Shown here piece by piece: positions 48,020 to 59,411 of a stretch of 64,000 nucleotides of DNA. Every line of letters begins with the position of its first letter. Within the stretch, counting starts at the first letter, position 1. Location of the stretch: the NCBI GenBank assembly GCA_964036045.1, contig OZ038379.1, positions 35,278,001 through 35,342,000 on the forward strand, in the 5' to 3' direction. Position numbers and translations under genes: made by a program. A model generated the notes under the pieces. That model did not search any database. It saw nothing but the letters and a program-made list of their open reading frames with translations, and was not told the DNA's origin. This DNA comes from Eutreptiella sp. 'Long Island Sound 2002'. Its lineage: Eukaryota > Protista > Euglenida.

Positions 48020-50540
48020 ACGCCGCTCCGTGTGTGCCGCATTTGTGATCTTGGAGAGCAAAACTGCTTTTGGATTTCTAAAAAGCGAGGGCCGGTGCCG
48101 TCTTGTTTCAAGAAAGTACACTCAAAAAACACAAAGGCCAAAAATACGGCTGTGGTTGAATCGCCCCTGCCACCGGCGTGACCTCTACAGTGCAGGTGGT
48201 GTGCTCGATCTGCTAGCCCGTGGTCTTGCAGTAGTGTGCCCACCAGCTCGCTATGCTTACTTCCGCTAGCCCAGAGGGGCCGCTTGGTGCGGTTGTCTAG
48301 CCAATGTGCATCGAGCGGGTGCCATCCCTCGCGTTCGTGGTGGTCCTGCGGATGTGTGTGACCACAGATGCGTGTCTCCTGCTGATCCACTGTATGCGGG
48401 CGGTGTATCGCGTCCAGGGGCTTGACAAATGGACGTCAACAGACGTTTGCGGATGTGAACATCTTCCCACGTGGCCCGGCGTGGCAGCTCAACTCCAAAT
48501 CATGCCAGCTGCCAGGGGACCGCGCAGAGCATAATACGGTCCACTACCGTGGCGTGTATATGAAGCGGCAGTCCAGCCACTCGGCAACTTCTAGTTGGAT
48601 CGGGTGATGGAACTCAGCCCACAGGTGGTGGGGGCGCCGCCTGGTAGCATCAACGTCCGGTACATGCAACCAGAGCCGTAAAGCGGTGAGTGTCACGGGC
48701 TAGTTCAGCCAGACGATGTGCAAGTGGTATAGTCGTGGCGCCGGCAACAGAGCTGAACACACAAGCATCCTCGTAGGGGTCACGGCAACCGAAGGCGCTT
48801 TCCTCCGGGGCATGAAGGCACAAGATGCGGTGGTGATGCGTGTTCAGCAATGGCATTTAGTGATAGCGGTCGCCGGGTGCATGCACTTTCGTAGCCCCAC
48901 TCGGATGGGTATAGAGCCGTGCTTTGCAGACGTTGCGTTGTGACTCAGGATGGGACCAGCGTCGCCGAGAACCCAACAGAGCCTGCAAGCAAGATTATGA
49001 CCAGGGTCAAGATCTCACATGGCAGCGCGGACGTGATCGACAACAACAACGGGGCAAAGGCAAAGGATTTGTGTGCTGGTGATTACGCAAGCATGTCCCG
49101 AGTAAGCCATGAGTGGTCCGTCAAGGGTCCAACGTCTCCCCTCGCCACAATCAGTCAGAGTGCTGACCACAGCGGGTATAATGTGTGAAGCCAGCACACG
49201 CTGTCAGTTGCAACCACCAGCAGGTAGATGGCGGACGACCATGGCAGCAGCGGTCCCATTGGGCATGCACGGCTCCAAGGACATCACAAATGCCAAGCAG
49301 CCTGGCGGTGGTTGCACGACTTATTCAGCATCCTCGCCACCGTACGACCCGAGGTGCAGCAGACACGGTAACCAATCCAGGTCATTTAGAGCGCAGCATC
49401 ATGCATTATACGCAGCAAGCAGGCGCCGCGGTACTCAGGCACGGAGTCTCAGGCGGTCAGTGTGCGACACCAGGCTTTATGGGCGGCGTACCGTGCCCAC
49501 ATTTTTCTAGCAGGCGGCGCTAATGTGCAAGTCCTGCCCTGCCAGCAACAGGTTCAGAACGAGGCGCCTCGTGGTGCGGCAGCGCGAGGGTGAACCCGCA
49601 TTGCATATATGCAAGCAGCACCAGAGCGATGGTCCTGTTGGGCACCAGAGCGTCAGTTGCCCAGGGTTCAGCAAAGCGCTAAGCGGCCGCTCGGCACTGT
49701 ACCCGATGTACCAGATACCCGTTGGGCACCGGAGCATCGGCCGCCAAGAGGACAACACAGTGCTGAGCGCAACTGCCCAGCACTGCAGGACAGTGAACTC
49801 TGGATTGAGTCAAGGTGCAATATCCCCGCGCAGATTTGTGCAGGGTGCCCAGGTCGTGAAAGGCGTGAGGGTGCGGCTACGAGGTAAGAGGATAGGACGA
49901 TGACAACTATCGAGGCAATTAACCAGGGGTTGGACCAGCTAGAGGCCCGCAATCAGTGCATAACAAGCAAGGTAAGAGATAAGAACGCGCTGAGAGTGAG
50001 AACACCAATGGGGCGGGCATCACCGCCTTCTGTGAGTGGCGAGACATAAGCACAAGCACAAGCGCAAGCCCCCTTTTCCCCCATTTCCCCCCATTTCCTC
50101 CCATTTTCCCCCATTTTTCCTGGTACTGGGTACATTACGGGTACGTTGCTGGATGTATCACCACCCACCTCGATCGGGTATTTCTGAGGCCTGGACCAGA
50201 AACACGGCAATACTGCAGGAGCACAGAGCACAGGGGCCGGGGGCCTTTGGGATGCATCGACAGCCATCAGACATGGCCCCACGTGGATTTATCAGTCCCT
50301 GACACGCACGGACGTGTGTACACGCACGCAGGCATGGGCATGTGTGCTGTGAAAACGGCCAAGGCCTACACATATTTACGCACACACTCACACGCCTTGG
50401 GCAGCACTAGACTCTGGGCGTTTGCCGTCCATATTCCTGTTTCCACGGGCGCATTCTTCCATTCGTCAGTGTGAACATGGGTCAGGGGTCTTCTTGGGGA
50501 GCAGGTGTGTCCCGCTGGCACCTGACCTGACCTTTCGCAG

Positions 50541-50639
50541 ATCAATCAACAGCTGTTCCGCGAGGGCTTTCAGGACAGCTCCGGCGCCACGTACATGGTC
50601 GACCCTAAGACCGGGCGTTTGCTTGTGGCGGTGGCTATG
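50541..50639 (+). CDS. Candidate exon (33 aa), upstream part of the MYND gene
   Basis: ctgacctttcgcag|ATC...GCT ATG|gtatgg gives INQQLFREGFQDSSGATYMVDPKTGRLLVAVAM. Confidence 0.45.
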
Positions 50640-51463
50640 GTATGGCCTTCTTGCACGTCCCGTTTGCCACGGCATTCGAGGTGGCATTTGCGTTTCACAC
50701 GCGCGGTGTGTGACGGATGATGATGGTCAAAGCAGCAGTGGGCTTGACAGCACCCCTTTGGCCCGTGCACATGTACCTCTGAGTCTGGGTAATTCCAAAG
50801 GGCTGTGTGGACGTACAGCGGGAAAAGCAAAGCGGGTCGGTAGATGCCAACGTGCAGGGGGTTCAGGCCCCTGCCACCCCGCGCAACGCCCCAAAAGTAG
50901 AAACGGTATGAGATGGACGAGCAGAGGACTGCTTTTCAGAGGGCGTCTTTAGTGGGCGGCGGCTGCGAGGGTATAGGGGCATATGGGGTCTGATTGGGGC
51001 TGTGGGGGTATGAGGGGAGGGGGGTTGTGCTGGTGTGCTGGCGGGTAGGGCAGGTCAAGGGGATCAGTTGTTCGTGACCCCTCCAGCGCTCGCCATGCAT
51101 CCGAAGAACCGTGATCACCAGCACCTGCCTGCGGCTTGCGACCGCTGGTGAATCCGCTGATGCAGTCCTGGCCATGTTCAGTGCCGATGCACCCTGAAGA
51201 GCATTGCAAGGAAGCGTCGCTCAAGTGCCATTCCAAATCTGTGAGCTTGACCTGCGGTGACAAATGTGTTGCTCACTGTTTGCCCCTGTCTTCAAACGTG
51301 TGCCGCTGCAGCTTGAGTCTCAACCTCCGTCTCGCTTCTGCCGAGCTTTGTTGCATGTCACCTGTCGCCTCTGTGTCTGTGCGTTTACGCATTGTGTCTG
51401 CCAGCGCCCTGCCGCACGCCAGGCGTTTGGACCCCGTCTGCAGTGCCGTCGCCTTGACCTCAG

Positions 51464-51568
51464 GTCTGCGGGCATCCGGATTGCAACGTGAAGGAAACGA
51501 CTGACACCCCCTTTCCCGTGTGCAGTCAGTGCAAGATGATTGCATATTGCAGCCGCAAGTGCCAAAAG
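51464..51568 (+). CDS. zf-MYND finger exon, first part (missed by the ORF track)
   Basis: cctcag|VCGHPDCNVKETTDTPFPVCSQCKMIAYCSRKCQK|gtgtgt, phase 0-0. It carries the canonical C..C..YCS..CQ MYND motif. Confidence 0.88.
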
Positions 51569-52114
51569 GTGTGTTAGTGACGAACGCCTGCGAGGGGGCG
51601 GGCTCACATTCTTACAATGTCCAATGGCCTGTGGCAAATTGGCTTTTGAAGGGTTAGTCAGGCTGCTGCCCGGCTATATTTTCTGAACGTGCATATTTTC
51701 AGTGCTGAGGACGACAATGTGGTGTTGGGCCATTGGTGATAGAGCGCATACTGTTGTGCAACTGAAGGCCAGGTGTGGCCTGGGTGGCCACGGAATGAAT
51801 CAACAAATGAATAATGCAACTTTGTCGTGGAGTTTTGGCGTTATTTCCGAGGCGATTCCACCAGATCTTGGACAATGCGCAGGCACATTCTTTTGCATAC
51901 GGTCATTTTCCTTTTTGTGTCGAGGTTGTGTATTCCGTATCAGTGCACTGTTGATCTTTGTTGCCCTCATGCCACGCTGGTATGGTACAGTGGGGCAGCA
52001 ACGCCCACTGGTTTCGGTGCATGTGCACATCTTCTCACAGTGGTAGCAAATCAGGAGCATGTGCTTGAAATGCGACACGACCGGTTCCTTTGAGCGCCTG
52101 TCCTGTTCTCACAG

Positions 52115-52252
52115 GCCCACTGGAAGCAACACAAATCACAGTGCTATCCTGCTGGTGACGACGCACAACAATATACGAATGGTGGAGCACCCTCTGCCGG
52201 AGCTCTCGGTCGGGAGGAGGCCGTAAAATTGGCGGAGCAGCTAAAACAAGAG
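52115..52252 (+). CDS. zf-MYND finger exon, second part
   Basis: gttctcacag|AHWKQHKSQC completes the W..HK..C motif. The 3' end is tentative (GAG|gtctta at 52253); the frame stays open to 52690. Confidence 0.82.
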
Positions 52253-52344
52253 GTCTTATCCTCACCCATGTGGCTCCGGTCGGGAATATGTTGTGTCACT
52301 GGGCTGTACAAAATAACATATGGCATAGGGTGCGGCATGTGTGC

Positions 52345-53596
52345 AGGCACCACGCTCCCTACGGCCCGCCTCCGCTACAAGGAGACCGGCCGTAGCTTGG
52401 AGAATGGAGGATGCACAGGGGATCCACACATTGTGGTTGACCGGTGCGTGGTTTTCCTATGCATCCTCCATTGTTGCATGGCCATAGGCCGGCTCCAAGT
52501 GGCGTTCATCGACACACGCCTCGTGGACCTCCCCAAGGAGAACGCCGACGCCGTGCAACGGGTCCTCTACCGGGCCCGCACGGGTGTGAAGTTGGGTGCG
52601 TCGGCGGCACCCGACGGGGGAGGCCCGTGTGTTGTTCCTCGCGTGGGAGGAACTTGGTCCGTTGTTGGACTACGTCCCGGAGGATGCTGAATGGCAAGCC
52701 GTCGTGGCCATGCGTGACCTCCTCCGGGAGTTGTACACGGATAAGCCGCCCCGCGGGGACCTACGTGCGGCCGAGGTGGCGCGCGCCTACCGTGCACATT
52801 GTTGCAAGGAGGCGTGCCAATCAAGCTACCTCCTCTATTTGGAGGAGGATGTCACCGAGGCCGTGGCCAACGCACGCCGCTTGGGGGTTGGGTTGGGTGC
52901 CGTGTGCGCGGATGTTGTTGAGAGCCTCAACGCCACCCTTAAGCGCGCATACAATGACCACTCGGGCCGGGGGGGGGGGGGGATGCCGGGGGCAACCCAA
53001 CTGGAACGGGAGGGGGAGGTAGTTTCGCAAGTGTGGGAGTGGTGGTTTTTAAAATTTGACCTCCCGTTGCGCAACTGCGGGACCCCCCATACCGCTCCAT
53101 GCACCATGGCCAAACTCATGGCCACCCGTAGCCCCCCGCCCTCCACCCTTGCTTCCCCTCCGCCAGCTTTCTTTTCGCCTTGCCATGGACGCGTCGGCAA
53201 TGCAAAAGATGTTGTCCGACATGTTGGCAGCCAACAATCGAGCCCTGGTGTGTTTTGCTTGTGCACCCCTGCTTGTGTGTTCCGATTAATATTTGCGGCG
53301 AGTTTGTTAATATTTCGAGATTAATATTAATAGTCGCGTCCATTAATAGTTAGTATATTAATTAATTTTTCGGTCGCTAATATTAAATTCAAGAAATTAA
53401 CTCACGGGCTTACAAATTGAAAAAAATATTGTTTTTTCGCGTGTGTCTCTCCATAGATGGCCCAAGTGGAGGAACGACTGGCAGTAGCAGCTCCAGCACA
53501 AGCTCTACCTGCTCCACTAGCCCTGCCTCCACCTGTGGAGAGTCGCCCGCCGGCCGCGCGCCCATCCCAGGAGCCAAGCGACGACTCCTCGGATAG
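52345..53596 (+). mobile_element. RAG1/Transib-like DDE transposase C-terminal remnant with a predicted intron at 53248-53456
   Basis: Ordered motifs LCILHCCMAIG; PDG/EARVLF (frameshift in a G run); SYLLYLEEDV; GLGAVCADVVESLNATLKR. The splice cctg|gtgtgt...ccatag|at yields a Ser/Thr-rich tail ending KRRLLG-stop. Confidence 0.6.
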
Positions 53597-54008
53597 GCGA
53601 AAAAAGGAGAAGAAGGAGGAGAAGAAAAAGAAGAGGGAGAAGAGGGTGAGGAGGGAGAGGGAGAGGAGCCAAGGGCTGGGGGGGGGGTACAGGCCAGCCT
53701 GGGGGGGGGGGTAAGGAAGAGGGGGAGGGGGAAGTGGTGATTTGATTTGATTTGATTTGAGGGCCGATCTTGAGGCTCACAGGCCGCCTGGGGGGCGCTC
53801 AATGGCTGTCCTGACGACTCTGCATATCGGCCGGCCATGCATGCAATGCACACCCGGCCGCGTCCGCGGGCCGGGGGGGGCAGGCCTGTCGCCGTGCCTC
53901 GGGCTGGGTGAGGAGGGGGGTGAGGGGTGGGAGACACGCGCATCCCGCCGGGGGGGGGCAGGCAGGGGGGAGGGAGGGGAGGCTGGGGGGGGGGGTTAGG
54001 CCTCGGTG

Positions 54009-56748
54009 GGGCACAGGGCGGAGGGCAGGTTCCCAGCCCCTGTGCACTCGGGGCACCGGGCGGAGGGCACGTTCCCCGTCCGATGCGCTCTGGGCACGGG
54101 GCGGAGGGCAGGTTCCTAGCCCCTGTGCGCTCTGGGCACAGTGGAGGGCAGGTTCCCGTCCCCTGTGCGCTCTGGGCACAGGGCGGAGGGCGGAGGGCGG
54201 GTTCCCTGCTCATGTGCGCTCTGGGCACAGGGCGGAGGGCTGGTGCCCCGCCCATGTGCGCTCTAGGCACAGGGCGGAGGGCAGGTTCCCCGCCCCTGTG
54301 CGCTCTGGGCACAGGGTGGAGGGCGGGTTCCCCGCCACCGTGCGCTCTGGGCACAGGGCGGAGGGCGGAGGGCAGGTTCCTAGCCCCTGTGCGCTCTGGG
54401 CACAGGGCGGAGGGCAGGTGCCCCGCCCCTGTGCGCTCTGGACACAGGGCGGAGGGCAGGTTCCCCTCCCCTGTGCGCTCTGGGCACAGGGCGGAGGGCG
54501 GGTGCCCAGCCCTCGTGCGCTCTGGGCACAGGGCGGATGGCAGGTTCCCCTCCCCTGCGCGCCTTGGGCACAAGGCGGAGGGCTGGTTCCATGCCCTTTT
54601 GCGCTCTGGGCACAGGGCGGAGGGCAGGTTCCCGTCCCCTGTGCGCTCTGGGCCCAGGGCGGAGGGCAGGTTCCCCGCCCCTGCGCGCTCGGGGCACACG
54701 GCGGAGGGCAGGTTCCCCGCCCCCGTGCGCTTGGCGCACTAGTTGGAGGGCAGGTTCCCCTCCCCAGCGTGCTCTGGGCACAGGGCGGAGGGCGGAGGGC
54801 AGGTTCCCCTCCCTTGTGGCTCTGGGCACAGGGCGGAGGGCAGGTGCCCCGCTCCCGTGCGCTCTATGCACGAGGGGGAGGGCAGGTTCCCCGCCCCTGC
54901 GCGCTCGGGGCACAGGGCGGAGGGCAGGTTCCCCGCCCCCGTGCGCTTGGCGCACTAGTTGGAGGGCAGGTTCCCCTCCCCAGCGTGCTCTGGGCACAGG
55001 GCGGAGGGCGGAGGGCAGGTTCCCCTCCCCTGTGGCTCTGGGCACAGGGCGGAGGGCAGGTGCCCCGCTCCCGTGCGCTCTATGCACGAGGGGGAGGGCA
55101 GGTTCCCCGCCCCTGTGCGCTCGGGGCACAGGGCGGAGGGCAGGTTCCCCGTCCACTGTGCTCTGGCACAGGGCAGAGGGCAGGTTCCCTGCCCATGTGC
55201 TCTCCGGGCACAAGGCGGAGGGCAGGTGCCCCGCCCCTGTGCGCTCTGGGCACAGGGCGGAGGACACGTTCCCCGTCCTATGGGCTCTGGGCGCAGGGTG
55301 GAGGGCTAGTTCCCCGCCCCTGCGCGCCATGCGCACAGGGCGGAGGGCTGGTTCCCCGCCCTTGTGCGCTTTGGGCACAAGGCGGAGGGCAGGTGCCCCG
55401 CCCCTGTGTGCTTGGCGCACCGCGTGGAGGGCAGGTTCCCCTCCCCTGTGCGCTCTGGGCATAGGGGGGAGGGCGGAGGGCAGGTGCCCTGCCCATGTGC
55501 GCTCTGGGCACAGGGCAGAGGGCAGGTTCCCCGCCCGGTGCGCTCGGGGCACAGCGCGGAGGGCAGGTTCCCCGTCCAGTGCGCTCTGGGCACAGGGCGG
55601 AGGACACGTTCCCCGTCCGATGCGCTCTGGGCACAGGGCGGAGGGCTGGTTCCCCGACCTTGTGCGCTCTGGGCACAGGGCGGAGGGCAAGTGCCCCGCC
55701 GTTGTGTGCCTGGCGCACCGTGTGGAGGGCAGGTTCACCTCCCTCGTGCGCTCTGGGCATAGGGCGGAGGGCAGGTTCCCCGTCCGGTGCGCTCTGGGCA
55801 CAGGGCGGAGGGCAGGTGCCCCGCCCCTGTGCGCTATGGGCACAGGGCACAGGGCAGGTTCCCCGCCCGGTGCGCTCGGGGCACAACGCGGAGGGCAGGT
55901 TCCCCGCCCGGTGCGCTCTGGGCACAAGGCGGAGGGCAGGTTCCCCGCCCGGTGGGCTCCGGGCACGAGGCGGAGGGCAGGTGCCCCACCCCTTTGCGCT
56001 TGGCGCACCGCGGAGGGTAGGTTCCCCGCCCCCGTGCGCTCTGGGCTATGGGCGGAGGGCAGGTTCCCTGTCCGGTGCGCTCTAGGCATAGGGCGGAGGG
56101 CACCTGCCCCGCCCTTGGGCGCTCTGGGCACAGGGCACAGGGCAGGTTCCCCGCCCGGTGCGCTCGGCACACAGGGCGGAGGGCAGGTCCCCCGCCCCTG
56201 TGCGCTCTGGGCACAAGGCTGAGGGCGGGTTCCCCGCCGGTGCCCTCTGGGCACAGGGCAGAGGGCAGATACCCCGCCTGGTGTGCTCTGGGCACATGGC
56301 AGAGGGCAGGTCCCCCGCCCGTTGCGCTCTGGGCACAGGTCGGAGGGAATGGTTCCCCTCCCCTCCGCACCACAGCACAGGACAGAGGGTCTGGTTCCCC
56401 TCCCCCGTGCACCATAGCACAGGGCGGAGGGACGGGTTACCCTCCCCATAGACCACTGCGCAGGGCGGAGGGACAAGCTCCCCTCCCTTGTGCACCACAG
56501 CACAGGACAGAGGGACGGGTTCCCCTCCCCTGCGCACCACAGCACACGGCGGAGGGACAGGTTCGCCTCCCCTATGCACCTTGGCACAGGACGGAGGGAC
56601 AGGGTCTCGTCCCCTGTGCATCATAGCACAGGACGGAGGGACAAGTTCCCCTCCCCTGCGCACCATAGCACAGGGCGGAGGGACAGGGTCTCGTCCCCTG
56701 TGCATCATAGCACAGGAAGGAGGGACAGGTTCCCCTCCCCCGCGCACC
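54009..56748. repeat. Minisatellite of about 64 x 42 bp (some units 48 bp) with internal inverted arms and a 216-bp higher-order duplication
   Basis: Consensus GGCACAGGGCGGAGGGCAGGTTCCCCGCCCCTGTGCGCTCTG. The block TTGGCGCACTAGTTGGAGGG recurs at 54731 and 54947. Confidence 0.97.
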
Positions 56749-56751
56749 ATG

Positions 56752-57430
56752 GGAGGGGAGGGGAGGGGAGGGGGGAGGGGAGGGAAGGGGAGGGGAGAGT
56801 AGGGGAGGGGAGGGGAGGGGACCGGAGGCGCGCTGTGCTGCACTGCTTGGTGTGCGCTGCACGTTACAATACTTAGAGTGCTGTGTTGTGCTGTGTCGCA
56901 CTGTGCGCGCCGTGCCGCTCTGCACTGCACTGCAATGCACTGTGTCCGCTGCGCCGTCTTGCTCTGTGTGCGTTGTGCTGCATTGCTTGGCACTGGACTG
57001 CACATCCCGTGGCACTGCACGGTACCGGCGTTGCGGCACCGCACTGCGCATGCCGTGGCGCACGGCACTGTGTGTGCGGTGCTGCTCCGCACGTGTGAGC
57101 TGTGCTGCTCTGCACTGTGTGTGCTGGGCCGCACCGCACTGTGTGCGCCGTGCCGCGCACCACTGCCCTGTGCACGCCGCGCTACGCAGCCGTGCGCTGT
57201 GCACTGCACTGCGCTGTGCGTGTTGCGTTGTACGTGTTGCGCTGCACTTCCCTGTGCTGCGCACTACATTGCACTGTGTGTGCTGTGTAGCACCACACTG
57301 CGCATGCTGTGCTGGCCTTCTTTGTGGGCATTGTGCCGCACCGCACGTGCGTGCTGTGCCGCCCTGCACTGCGTGTGCCGTGTGGTGCCGCAGCGCACTG
57401 CGCTGCGCAGTGCGCTGTACGGCGTGACCA
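56752..57430. repeat. (GGGGA)n tract followed by a degenerate TGTGC/CTGCA low-complexity tract
   Basis: Seen directly. It explains the Cys/Ala/His-rich spurious ORFs. Confidence 0.85.
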
Positions 57431-57829
57431 TGCGGCGCTGCACTAGGGGGAAGTGGTGGTGGACGCGGGGAACGTGGACGGGCAGGAGGGGGACGGAGTT
57501 GAGGTTGTTGACCCCCCCCCCCATGCACCCCCCCCCTCCCCCAGTGGCTCCTCATAGCCCTGGGCCCCAGTCCGCTACCGCCCGGAAGGCGGGAGCGATC
57601 CCTTGGTCGGCCCAGGTGCTCGAGCCGGGCTGCGCAGGGGATCAACCCTTTTTTTCCTCCTGCGCGCATAGCCACATGACAGTCATGTGGATTTTCCAGA
57701 GGTTAATCCGGTGTTTGATTCGCCGCAAGGTGGGGGAACATAGAGGCACCTGGGGTAAGGATGCCTCTAGGGGGGGGGGGGGGTGGAAACCCCTCCCTAG
57801 TGCCCCCCTCGCCCCCATGCCTGAGACCA

Positions 57830-59411
57830 CAAGTGCGGCCTGTTTGCCCGCACTGAATTTGTTGTTTGACCCCCGCGCCGTCCATTTTCAAACGGCGCAC
57901 TACCAGGTGCTGCTACAGCACTGGTCCCAGCTGGGCTGGGTCAAGCAGTGGCGGCAAGGCAAGGCCGTCGTGTTCGGGCTCCACTGGGGCACTATCCTGG
58001 CCTTGCCCCGACCCATTTATGATCCGGGGTGTCAGCCCTCGCACGAGGGCCTCATTCTGAACTCCCGCAATGCGAAGGCGGCCTCGGTGGCCGCGAACGT
58101 GGCCAAGCCGGCGGCCCAATCAGCCCCAACGGCCAGCGTGGGAGCCCCCATTGAGGCCCCTACCGCAGCATCTCACTTCCGAGATGCCATGGGGGCAGTG
58201 CACAAGCAGGCACCAGTGCTACATTTGAGGTATGGTGCCTGTTTGTTTCGCTTAATTTTTAGGTCGCCAGCATTAATTTCTCGAGATCAATGTTTAATTT
58301 TTGAACCGCCGGTCGAAATGTTAAAAGTTAAAGGTTAATATTAATGTCAAAAAAATTAAAATAGTCGCCTAAAAAATTAATCAACACCTCTGTTGTTGTT
58401 TTTTTATGTCTGTAGGTTATAGACGTTGTGGTCAACACGACGCATGCCAGGCCCATCCAGGTGGCCTGGCGAGACGCTGAGGGATCCCAAGAAGTACCCC
58501 TGGGGTCCCTCCACCGCATTGTGGCCCGAGACCCACCATTGGGCCTTGCTCTCTTGCGGGGTCTCTATGACTGGGAGACCTCGCGTGTGGTGAGCGGCGT
58601 TTGGGTGACGTCGCGACATTTTCGGCCCAGCGAGTGGGCTCGGATGTAAGAGGTGGGGTATGCGGGGGGGGGGGAGGATGAGGGGTTGTGGGGGAGCATG
58701 GGAGGGGGTGGGGTGAGCGACGGGGAGGAGGGGGGGAGGGGGGGGCGTCCATCACCACCGCGCCAAACCCCCCCCCAAAGCCAAGCCGCAACCCAACCCC
58801 CCCCCCCCCCCAACCCCCCTCAAAGAAACGTTCGAAAGAAAGGTTCGCCTTCGAGTCCGGGTCGAGAGCGACGACGCGGCGATCCCCCGTGGCAAAAAGC
58901 CCAAACCCCCCGCCCCCACCCCCACCGCACAGCCTACGAAGGCCGTCGCCGCCCCCAAACCCACCAACCCCCCCAAGACCGCCACCCCCCCCCCCCCCCG
59001 ACCAAGACCGACACCCCCAAGGTTGGGGGTGCAACGGCCGAGAAGAAGGACGACCGTCCCGACGATCCGATCGTCGGGACGGTCGCCCACGTCCCCTACC
59101 CCACCGGGGTAGAGAAGGGCACCGTCCGCTGTGTCCATGGGCGGAAGTATGGTGCCGCTTGGGTGGAATACCCGGGCGGCACCACCCTCTACGAGGTGGG
59201 CCGGCACCTCCTCTTCCCCACGCCCGAGGAGGCCGAGCGGTACCGGGAAGAGGCCCGGTCGGGCAAGAAAAAGCCGAAGCCTCCCGGCCCCACAAACGAA
59301 GAGACTAACCTCCCAAACCCGACACCTACCACCGAACCCACTAACCCCGCTAACCCCCCATCCGGACCCACGAAGACGTGGGACCCCATTACGGGGTCCC
59401 ATGAGGTGTGA
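57830..59411 (+). other. Decayed exon-like coding pieces, probably a TE accessory gene, including a Tudor/SH3-like beta-barrel segment
   Basis: GT-AG-bounded AT-rich block at 58230-58415, exon VIDVVVNTTHARPIQVAW... (58416 onward), and IVGTVAHVPYPTGVEKGTVRCVHGRKYGAAWVEYPGGTTLYEVGRHLLF (about 59068-59220). Confidence 0.35.
58252..58380. repeat. AT-rich self-complementary block (TTAATATT and GTCGC motifs); relatives at 53285-53400 and 59510-59660
   Basis: It starts TTAATTTTTAGGTCG and ends CGCCTAAAAAATTAA. GTCGCCAGCATTAAT and TTAATATTAATGTCA are shared in inverted orientation with 59540-59575. Confidence 0.7.

Noticed and set aside
49523-49903. RT-like words (MYQIPV, LSQGAISP)
   Set aside because: No in-frame YxDD. 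The region has splice-like signals (GTAAG at 49884) and is more likely host exon and intron.
50534-51250. Minus-strand kinase-like words VKLTD and GSTMYVAPEL
   Set aside because: There is no DFG or HRD in frame and a stop follows APELS. The plus strand has better-supported exons of the MYND gene.
53400-53450. RSS-like or CAC-starting terminus for the Transib-like element
   Set aside because: CACGCG and CACACG words exist but there is no matching inverted partner or heptamer-nonamer spacing.
53410-57675. Very long ORFs (429-735 aa) on both strands
   Set aside because: They arise from stop-free 42-bp and TGTGC repeats open in several frames. There is no independent coding evidence.
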